Assembly (NCBI GenBank): GCA_963616935.1
Contig: CAVEMS010000002.1
Span: 64,396 to 128,395, forward strand
Length of the DNA stretch: 64,000 bases
Reading direction: 5' to 3'
Source of the DNA: a bacterium
Lineage (GTDB): Bacteria; Bacillota_I; Bacilli_A; RFN20; CAG-826
Below the pieces are notes generated by a model, which saw nothing but the letters and a program-made list of their open reading frames with translations, did no database searches and had not been told where the DNA came from. The position numbers and the translations under genes are program-made. Shown one piece after another: positions 9,611 through 16,454 of this stretch. Position 1 is the first letter of the stretch, and each line of letters begins with the position of its first letter.

Positions 9611-10192
9611 ATGAAAATATTGGTGATAGATTCCTCGATAAGCGCCAATTCGATGACGCGAAAAATCCTTTCGATGACTTTAGAGAAAATAAAAGAGAAA
9701 GGATATGGCGATTCTTTGGATACGCTAAAACTCGACGAATGCGCGAACGCCATACGCCCCCTCGATTCCGCCTCCTTAAAAAAGAGAAGCGATCTTATCA
9801 AAAGAGGCGATTATAGCGATCCGATTTTCGATTTCGCCAAGAAACTACGCGAGGCCGATTTGCTATTGGTGGCCGCCCCATTCTACGATTTGAGCGTGCC
9901 CGCCCTACTAAAATGCTTCGTCGAGATGTCGATGATCGACGGCCTCACCTTCATCGATCGAGGAGATCATGCCGAAGGGCTTCTTAAGGCTAAAAAGCTG
10001 CTCTTTCTCTATGCATCCGGCTATCCTTTAAGCGAAAAGAATCCGGATTTCGCATCCACTTGGCTAAAAGGAATAGCGATGATGTGGGGAATAAATGAGT
10101 TTGATTCTTATCATCTCGCTTACCCTGAAGCATCCTCGCTTAAAGGAACACCGAACGAATTAAATAACAAAATCGATTGGTTTTTGCACTGA
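9611..10192 (+). CDS. FMN-dependent NADH-azoreductase-like flavodoxin-fold oxidoreductase
   Basis: 193 aa. MKILVIDSS...LLLVAAPFYDLSVPALLK follows the AzoR/ACP-phosphodiesterase pattern. An AGGAGAG RBS precedes the ATG. Confidence 0.55.
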   Translation: MKILVIDSSISANSMTRKILSMTLEKIKEKGYGDSLDTLKLDECANAIRPLDSASLKKRSDLIKRGDYSDPIFDFAKKLREADLLLVAAPFYDLSVPALLKCFVEMSMIDGLTFIDRGDHAEGLLKAKKLLFLYASGYPLSEKNPDFASTWLKGIAMMWGINEFDSYHLAYPEASSLKGTPNELNNKIDWFLH

Positions 10193-10311
10193 ACAAACAA
10201 CAAAAAAGTGTGTTGAACAACCAAAAAACACAACAAAAAAGTGTGAAGAAACAGCAAAAAACATAACAAAAAAATGTAATCAACATTAAAAAACGCCGCA
10301 AAAAATGCAAT
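10191..10311. repeat. A-rich imperfect tandem repeat, about 3.5 copies of a 32-33-bp unit with phased A6 tracts and a recurring AAAAAAGTGTG motif
   Basis: Units GAACAACCAAAAAACACAACAAAAAAGTGTGAA, GAAACAGCAAAAAACATAACAAAAAAATGTAAT and CAACATTAAAAAACGCCGCAAAAAATGCAAT are visible, lying between the azoreductase stop and the ATPase gene. Confidence 0.6.
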
Positions 10312-10369
10312 ATTTTTAATCGTGGGGCTTTGATGTGTTAAAAAGAAAAATCGACCGTTACTTAGATTC

Positions 10370-11692
10370 GTGGAAAAAAGCGACGACCGCAATCCTTTGA
10401 TCGTGTATGGCGCAAGACAAATAGGAAAAACGACATCGATTAGAGAATTCGGCAAGAAATACTCCCGATTCATCGAAATAAATTTCGTCGAGCATCCGGA
10501 ATACAAGCAAGCCTTCTCGACTTTCGACGTGGAACAGATAGTCAAACGTCTATCCTTCCTGAATCCGAATTTCGTCTTCGAACCGCACAAAACGCTGATT
10601 TTCTTCGACGAAATACAGGAATGCACGAACGCCACCACTTCGTTGAAATTCTTCAAGTTAGACGGAAAATACGATGTCATCTGCGCCGGCTTGGCACTCG
10701 GCGTCAACACCACCGCCATTTCAAGCGTCTCCGTTGGCTATCGCGACGAATTCGTCATGTATCAACTCGACTTCGAAGAATTCCTATGGGCATGCGGATA
10801 CGACGACGAATTGACGGCTTATCTCCTTAAGTGCATGTCCGATGCAAAACCGCTTGAAAATCTCTATTACGAAAAAATGCGCGAGCTCTATAGGGATTTT
10901 ATCGTTTTAGGCGGATACCCTAAGATAGTTTCGAATTTCTTTTCCAACAATCGGAACTATAGCAATGTTCTTAAGATGCAAAAACAATTGCATGGCGACT
11001 ACGTTGACGACATCTCCAAATATTTAAGCGGAATCGACATCGCCAAGGCGCAGCGAATGTTCAAATCGATTCCTACGCAACTTGCGAAGGAAAATCACAA
11101 ATTCCAGCTTTCCAAATTGGGACATGGCGCAAGGTTCAATGAATATTACGGCGTCAGCGAATGGCTTCGCGATTCCGGATCCGTCTTGATTGCGAACAAT
11201 TGTCAGCTTTCCTTGCCACTAAAAGGCAACGAGGAAATCGATAATTTCCGCATGTATTATTCCGACACCGCACTACTCGTGGCGGCGCTAGACGATGAAT
11301 CCCAAATGGATTTAAGAAACAACATGAATTTCTCGATTTATAACGGGGCCGTTTATGAATCGATAATAGCCGCCGAGCTCAAAAAACAAGGCTATGACCT
11401 GTATTTTTATCGAAGCCAAGACTCGACCGTCGAACTCGACTTCATCGTTCGCTTCATGGATGAGATAGTGCCGTTAGAAGTCAAATCCAAAAATGGGCGT
11501 GCCGTTTCTTTGTCGACCGTCATCGCAAACGACAAAATCAATGTTTCGCACGGCATCAAGTTCGCCGATGCAAATATCGGCTGCTCCAACGGAATACTGA
11601 CTTTCCCTCACTTCCTAGCGTTCTTACTTAAGAGATTTTTCGACGAAAAGAGAAAATCGCGCTCGCTAACATCTGCCGATATCAAGGCATAA
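10370..11692 (+). CDS. AAA+ ATPase of the COG1373/DUF4143 family, paralog 1; the N-terminus is apparently disrupted by a 1-nt frameshift in an A6 tract
   Basis: Walker A GARQIGKTT, Walker B LIFFDEIQE and the C-terminal DUF4143-like block ELDFIVRF...PLEVKS are present. A GTG at 10335 opens a frame (VLKRKIDRYLDSWKK) that stops at 10398-10400, and adding one A to the A6 run at 10374-10379 fuses it in frame to this ORF. Confidence 0.7.
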   Translation: MEKSDDRNPLIVYGARQIGKTTSIREFGKKYSRFIEINFVEHPEYKQAFSTFDVEQIVKRLSFLNPNFVFEPHKTLIFFDEIQECTNATTSLKFFKLDGKYDVICAGLALGVNTTAISSVSVGYRDEFVMYQLDFEEFLWACGYDDELTAYLLKCMSDAKPLENLYYEKMRELYRDFIVLGGYPKIVSNFFSNNRNYSNVLKMQKQLHGDYVDDISKYLSGIDIAKAQRMFKSIPTQLAKENHKFQLSKLGHGARFNEYYGVSEWLRDSGSVLIANNCQLSLPLKGNEEIDNFRMYYSDTALLVAALDDESQMDLRNNMNFSIYNGAVYESIIAAELKKQGYDLYFYRSQDSTVELDFIVRFMDEIVPLEVKSKNGRAVSLSTVIANDKINVSHGIKFADANIGCSNGILTFPHFLAFLLKRFFDEKRKSRSLTSADIKA

Positions 11693-11730
11693 AAAAGACC
11701 CCGTTATCAAGCGGGGCCTTGCTTTTTTTC
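11691..11730. terminator. bidirectional intrinsic terminator between the convergent COG1373 gene (+) and ftsZ (-)
   Basis: AAAAAA-GACCCCGttatcaagCGGGGCC-ttgCTTTTTTT: a hairpin flanked by an A-run and a T-run. Confidence 0.7.
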
Positions 11731-12873
11731 CTATTCGTCGCTTCCGTCTTTTAGGAAGTCAGGTAGCAAGCTGGACACCATGCCATTGCTTTCTTCCTCT
11801 TCCGCTTTCGAATCGATTTCTTCCTTTTGCAAGCGGTTGGTGGCTATTTCACGATTGGACGTCGGCATCTTGACCTCTGGGATGTTTTCGAAGTCTACCT
11901 CTTCCTCAAAGTCCGCAGCGATGACGGATAGCACCAAACAACCATCCAAATTGGGATTCGGATTGATGGCGGCGCCGAACTTGATATCGACGGTGTTGCC
12001 GCTTTGCTCGCTAACCATGGCGACGCAGCGCTGAGCCTCATATAACGTGACATTAGGACCGCATGTGGCAAAGCAAATGGCGCGTCTAGCCCCTTTGACT
12101 GAGGCTTCTAGTAACGGCGAATCGAGCGCAGCGGCCGTCGCCTCTTCCGCGCAGTGCTCGCCTTTTCCCACGCCATAGCCGATCAAGGCCACGCCGCTAT
12201 TCTTCAAAGTGCTCTTAACATCGGCAAAATCGAGGTTTATCTGTGCTGGGATCAAAATGATGTCGACGACGGTGCGCACGCTCTGGGCGAGGATTCTGTC
12301 GCTTTCCTTAAAGGCGGCGTCGATAGGAAGATCACCCTTGGTCATCAAGAGTTTATCGTTGCTTACGACGATGATGCTATCGACGACTTCGCGGAGGGCA
12401 TTTAGCCCTTGGACGCTGTTTTCGATTCTCTTTTGGCCTTCGAAACGGAAAGGCCTAGTGACGATGGCCACGGTGAGGCAGCCGCATTCTTTGGCGACTC
12501 TGGCAATTACCGGAGCGGCACCAGTTCCCGTGCCTTTTCCCATGCCGGCGGCGATGAAAACCATGTCGGCTCCCTCGACTATTTTCTTGATTTCGTCGAT
12601 ATTGGCTTCAGCCGCTTCTTTTCCGACGGCTGGATCGCCGCCTGCGCCTAAACCTTTCGTCATTTCTCCGCCTAGGGCGATGCGATTGGTGGCTTTGCTC
12701 GTCGCCAAAGCCTGCCTATCGGTATTACAAACGTAGAATTCGACGTTTTGGATATTGTCGTCGATCATGCGGTTGACTGCGTTATTGCCAGCACCGCCAA
12801 CGCCTATGACGACGATTTTGGCGACGGGCTCAAAATTATCTAAATCTTCGTTGCTGAAATTCGTGTTATCCAT
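11731..12873 (-). CDS. ftsZ: cell division GTPase FtsZ
   Basis: 380 aa with the tubulin signature GGGTGTGAAPVIA, VGGAGNNAV and an acidic C-terminal tail. Confidence 0.95.
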   Translation of the reverse strand: MDNTNFSNEDLDNFEPVAKIVVIGVGGAGNNAVNRMIDDNIQNVEFYVCNTDRQALATSKATNRIALGGEMTKGLGAGGDPAVGKEAAEANIDEIKKIVEGADMVFIAAGMGKGTGTGAAPVIARVAKECGCLTVAIVTRPFRFEGQKRIENSVQGLNALREVVDSIIVVSNDKLLMTKGDLPIDAAFKESDRILAQSVRTVVDIILIPAQINLDFADVKSTLKNSGVALIGYGVGKGEHCAEEATAAALDSPLLEASVKGARRAICFATCGPNVTLYEAQRCVAMVSEQSGNTVDIKFGAAINPNPNLDGCLVLSVIAADFEEEVDFENIPEVKMPTSNREIATNRLQKEEIDSKAEEEESNGMVSSLLPDFLKDGSDE

Positions 12874-14083
12874 TTGCTGTCTCCTTTTCCCTGCTTAAAA
12901 CGCCTATCCCATGGTAGCCGTCTTCCAAATTGCCGCGATATTCGCCAGCAATCAAAATCAAGCCCAAAACGTTCACGGCTGATGGATCTCTCGCTCCCAT
13001 AACGCTTGGGACGTATTTGATGAACTCTAGGTCCGGCATGTATTTCTTTAGCAGCGTGACCAAGCCATTTAACTTGCTTCCGCCACCAATCAGAATGACC
13101 GGGAAAGCCTTAGTATCGGCATCCGCACCGCTTATATACTTATCCACCATCGTGGTGATTGCGCTCTTAACGTCTTTCGTGTAAGAAGCGAAGAAAGCGT
13201 CAATCGCTTCATTGACCTTCGCTTGATTCACGCTCTTTGAGTCGAATTTGACGCCTGAGGCGACCAATGGAGCCTTATAGAGCCTTTCGCGGGCGCTATA
13301 GCCGTATTTGCGTTTGATTTCCTCCGCTTCGCTAGGCATGATGCCGAGTTTCTCGGAAAGCGATTCGGTTAGTTTTTTCGACCCCGTCGGTATCAGATAA
13401 GTGGAAAATAAGCTGGTATCGCCGACGAAACTGACGCTCGTCATATCTTCGCCGATGTCGAGCAAGAAATAATTATTCGGATAGCGTTTTTCGGAAGCGA
13501 TAAGCTGCGATGCGCAATAAGAGGAAACCTCGCTTCTCTTGACGCGATATCCCGCCTCTTCAGCGCTTTGCCTATATTCCTCGAAATAACCTTTCGAAAT
13601 CGCGTGTATCTTCGCTTGGATCATCAAAGAAGATCCGCTTTCGCCAAGCGGCGGATTCGAATACGATTTCGCGCCGTCGACTATGAAGCAATCTGGGACG
13701 ATGTCCACCACCGCCAAATTACTCGGAATCACTTGTTTCTGAACAAGCGACATAACGTTATTCATGTCGATTTTGTCGACAGTAGAATTGATTAGCATCG
13801 TCGTTCCGTCTTTTTGATAGACGGTAAGTCCAGCCGGAGGAACGACCAAAGAAATATCGTCCGTGTCGATTTTTAAGCGGAGCCCCTCATCGCTAAGTTT
13901 CGCAAACGAGGAAATCGTTTTGGCAACAAGCGCCTTGTCGACTATCCTTCCGCAAGACGCCGATAAGGCGGGAAGCTCTTTTTCCTCATAGTAAAGAAGG
14001 CACGGTTTGCCATTGACCACGGAACCGACGCCGAACTTGGCATGCGAGGAGGTTATTTCTAATACTGCAACGTTATTAATCAT
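12866..14083 (-). CDS. ftsA: cell division protein FtsA (actin-like ATPase)
   Basis: Actin/HSP70-fold motifs (N-terminal LEITSSHAKFGVG; ILIGGGSKLNGL). It overlaps the ftsZ start by 8 nt. The preferred start is MINNVAV at 14083; the ORF track starts at 14113. Confidence 0.85.
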   Translation of the reverse strand: MINNVAVLEITSSHAKFGVGSVVNGKPCLLYYEEKELPALSASCGRIVDKALVAKTISSFAKLSDEGLRLKIDTDDISLVVPPAGLTVYQKDGTTMLINSTVDKIDMNNVMSLVQKQVIPSNLAVVDIVPDCFIVDGAKSYSNPPLGESGSSLMIQAKIHAISKGYFEEYRQSAEEAGYRVKRSEVSSYCASQLIASEKRYPNNYFLLDIGEDMTSVSFVGDTSLFSTYLIPTGSKKLTESLSEKLGIMPSEAEEIKRKYGYSARERLYKAPLVASGVKFDSKSVNQAKVNEAIDAFFASYTKDVKSAITTMVDKYISGADADTKAFPVILIGGGSKLNGLVTLLKKYMPDLEFIKYVPSVMGARDPSAVNVLGLILIAGEYRGNLEDGYHGIGVLSREKETANG

Positions 14084-14116
14084 GGTTTGGCCTTTGAAAG
14101 AATGATATAGCATAAT

Positions 14117-14132
14117 ACTTGCGATAGCAAGT
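14117..14132. promoter_or_regulatory. perfect palindrome ACTTGC-gata-GCAAGT about 35-50 nt upstream of the ftsA start
   Basis: 6-bp inverted repeat with a 4-nt spacer, read directly. A second inverted repeat, AATTAGTAG-N23-CTACTAATT (14148-14187), lies nearby. Confidence 0.35.
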
Positions 14133-14225
14133 AGACATTATTAGAAAATTAGTAGTTTTTGATATGTCTATAAACAATCTACTAATTAACTACTATTTAC
14201 TAGTTTTAATCGCTATTTCCGATAC

Positions 14226-14250
14226 AAAAAAAGCCCTCGAATGAGGGCCA
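14226..14250 (-). terminator. intrinsic terminator inside the division cluster, between the small membrane ORF and ftsA
   Basis: On the minus strand, GGCCCTCattcGAGGGCTTTTTTTGTATCGG: a 7-bp GC-rich stem followed by T7. Confidence 0.6.
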
Positions 14251-14268
14251 TGAAAGAGAGGCTAAGTT

Positions 14269-14520
14269 TTAAATAGCCATTGTGTTATGTGTTACGTAAG
14301 TGAGTTCGCCTTGGTTGAATCCGCTCGATCTATCCTCCTTCTTCTCTTCTTTTTTATTGCTTGCTTCCTCTTGAGCCTTAGCTTCGGCAATCGTATAGGT
14401 TATGCCGACTGGAATGGCCGCCAAAGAGAGAAAGAAAATGCCGAAAAGGAAGATCCCGAAGAAACCCCTGGCTCGGTAATAGGCTCTGCCATGTCCGGTT
14501 TTCTCTAATTTATTCTTCAT
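14269..14520 (-). CDS. small bitopic membrane protein in the FtsL position of the division cluster (FtsL-like; function unproven)
   Basis: 83 aa: a short basic N-terminus, one TM helix (IFLFGIFFLSLAAIPVGITYTI) and a charged C-terminal tail. It lies between rsmH and ftsA. Confidence 0.35.
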   Translation of the reverse strand: MKNKLEKTGHGRAYYRARGFFGIFLFGIFFLSLAAIPVGITYTIAEAKAQEEASNKKEEKKEDRSSGFNQGELTYVTHNTMAI

Positions 14521-14532
14521 TTCTCTTTCCTC

Positions 14533-15465
14533 CTATTTCTTTTCTATCGCGCGAAGCTTCGCGCTATGTGAACGGTTGTTCTCCGCTAATTCCGCCTCGC
14601 TTGGCAAGACGGCTTTCTTCGTTAAGTCGATGAAGGGCGCCTCTTCGATCTCGCTAGGCAATAGATTCGGGCCGTTTCTTGTCCCTTCCACTCTCGTAAG
14701 CGAATGGAACGAATTCTTCACGAGCCTATCTTCTAAGCTATGGAAGGTGATGATCGCGATCCTGCCGCCTTTCTTTAAGACGCCAGGGAAATCGTCGAGC
14801 AACTTCTTCAGATTATCGAGCTCGCCGTTCGTTTCGATTCTTAGCGCTTGGAAGATCTGCTTAGCCGGATGTCCTTTTTTTGACAACGACTTCATCGGTT
14901 TGGCTTTTTTGATAATCTCGACCAATTCGCCAGTTGTTTCAATCGGCTTTTTCGCCCTTTCCTTGACGATTAAGGAAGCGACTCGGCCAGCATCCCTATC
15001 CTCGCCATAGAGGCGGAAGATGTTCGCTAATTCTTCGAATGAGTAGGTGTTGACGATGGTTTTCGCGCTTTTGGGCTGACTTTGATCCATCCTCATATCG
15101 AGAACGGCGTCTTTTTTGTAGCTAAATCCTCTCTCGCCTTCGTCGAATTGCGGAGAGCTGACGCCCAAATCGGCCGTTATCCCATCCACCTTTTCGACTC
15201 CGATTTCCTTGAGTTTGGAAGCGAAGTCGGCGAAGTTCGAATGAATGATGGTGAAGTTATCCCCAATCGCTGAGAGTCTTTCCTTCGACTCTTCTATCGC
15301 CTCTTGATCCAAATCGAAGCAATATAGATGTCCTTTGGGGGCTCTTTTAAGGATGGCGCCCGACGTTCCTCCCCTTCCGAGTGTGAGGTCGACATACACC
15401 CCATCTTCCTTGATGGAGAGCATCTCGATCGTTTCGGACAAGAGAACGCTATAATGGGCGCTCAT
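14533..15465 (-). CDS. rsmH: 16S rRNA (cytosine1402-N4)-methyltransferase RsmH (MraW)
   Basis: 310 aa with the SAM-binding YVDLTLGRGGTSGAIL motif and RsmH-wide similarity. It overlaps the mraZ stop. Confidence 0.9.
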   Translation of the reverse strand: MSAHYSVLLSETIEMLSIKEDGVYVDLTLGRGGTSGAILKRAPKGHLYCFDLDQEAIEESKERLSAIGDNFTIIHSNFADFASKLKEIGVEKVDGITADLGVSSPQFDEGERGFSYKKDAVLDMRMDQSQPKSAKTIVNTYSFEELANIFRLYGEDRDAGRVASLIVKERAKKPIETTGELVEIIKKAKPMKSLSKKGHPAKQIFQALRIETNGELDNLKKLLDDFPGVLKKGGRIAIITFHSLEDRLVKNSFHSLTRVEGTRNGPNLLPSEIEEAPFIDLTKKAVLPSEAELAENNRSHSAKLRAIEKK

Positions 15466-15935
15466 TCCTTATCTCCCGTTTTAGACAAGACATCGGCGAT
15501 CTCCTCGAACCGCGCTTCTTCCTTGGCGAGATATTCTTCATAGGTCTTCTTGTTGAATACCTCGATATGGTCTAAAGCGCCGATGATGACCACTTCTTGC
15601 TCAATGCCATAACGGTTTTTGATTTCCGTTGGCAAAGTGATGCGATCATGGCCATCGACATCGAGAGGGACGACGCTGGATGCGGCAAGGCGGGTGAAGC
15701 TTCTGGCGTTGCTATCGAAGTACGATAGCGATTCCAGTTTGGCTAAGAATTTCTGGAAGGAGTCCTCGGAATATAAAGACACTGCCCCTTCGAATCCTCG
15801 AAGGAGATAGAGACGAGACGGCATTTCCCCCATTAATTTGGAAGGAAGCAAAAGCCGGTTCTTCGAATCTAGGTTTCTTATGTAGGTTCCGAAATACTTT
15901 CCCACTTTTTCCCACCTTTGATAATAATCTATCAT
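15462..15935 (-). CDS. mraZ: transcriptional regulator MraZ
   Basis: 157 aa with two MraZ/SpoVT-AbrB-like repeats (DSKNRLLLPSKL ... DGHDRITLPTEI). Confidence 0.8.
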   Translation of the reverse strand: MIDYYQRWEKVGKYFGTYIRNLDSKNRLLLPSKLMGEMPSRLYLLRGFEGAVSLYSEDSFQKFLAKLESLSYFDSNARSFTRLAASSVVPLDVDGHDRITLPTEIKNRYGIEQEVVIIGALDHIEVFNKKTYEEYLAKEEARFEEIADVLSKTGDKE

Positions 15936-15993
15936 CCGTCTCGCGCTTAGGCAATAAGGAAAAAGAAGTTTTTTTCAAAAATTCCAATAGCCG

Positions 15994-16018
15994 TTTTTCG
16001 TGTTTTCGTTCTTTGCGA
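15994..16018. promoter_or_regulatory. three direct 7-8-nt repeats upstream of mraZ, a candidate MraZ operator
   Basis: In the mraZ sense the sequence reads CGCAAAGA-ACGAAAAC-ACGAAAAAC at roughly 8-10-nt periodicity, 45-75 nt upstream of the mraZ start. Confidence 0.25.
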
Positions 16019-16024
16019 AACAAA

Positions 16025-16052
16025 AGAAAAAGCCATGCCGCCAAGAGCATGG
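16025..16052 (-). terminator. intrinsic terminator after the 125-aa gene, upstream of mraZ
   Basis: On the minus strand, GCCATGCtcttggcgGCATGGC followed by TTTTTCTTTTGTTT. Confidence 0.55.
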
Positions 16053-16076
16053 CCATCTCTATGAAAAATGCCGCAA

Positions 16077-16454
16077 TCAGCCTTCTTTATGCAAGACGAT
16101 CGGGATTCTGGAGATGATAAGAAGTCGCGCTAGGTCATCTAAATCGAAGCTATTCCCAGGGAAAATGCAGCCTTCGCTTTCTCCGTCTTCCTCCTCCATT
16201 ATGGCAGTCGAATTCTCTTCGAAAGAAAGAGCGAGGTCGAAAGGCGTGCAATCGCTTGTGTCCTCCACTTCTAGCGTTGCATCTATCGCCATGTCGACGA
16301 GGATCATGTCTTTGACCTTATAGACCTTCGCCTCATAGTGGCAGGATTTCGCTTTGTGGATGGGATATGGGAAAGCGTATCCGTCGAAGATGGTATCGAG
16401 CGAATACCGTTCTTCCTTTCCCTCGTGAATTGCGCTTTTGTTGATTTTCGTCAT
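16077..16454 (-). CDS. acidic hypothetical protein, last gene of the pheS-pheT operon
   Basis: 125 aa, overlapping the pheT stop. There is a weak resemblance to YceD/DUF177-type proteins and no confident motif. Confidence 0.4.
   Translation of the reverse strand: MTKINKSAIHEGKEERYSLDTIFDGYAFPYPIHKAKSCHYEAKVYKVKDMILVDMAIDATLEVEDTSDCTPFDLALSFEENSTAIMEEEDGESEGCIFPGNSFDLDDLARLLIISRIPIVLHKEG

Noticed and set aside
12154-13795. Several plus-strand ORFs of 75-175 aa over ftsZ and ftsA (for example 12209-12736)
   Set aside because: Shadow frames antisense to highly conserved division genes.
16077-16454. The 125-aa gene after pheT could be ZapA or DUF177 (YceD)
   Set aside because: There is no coiled-coil C-terminus (ZapA) and no CxxC pairs (DUF177). 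It is kept as a hypothetical protein.
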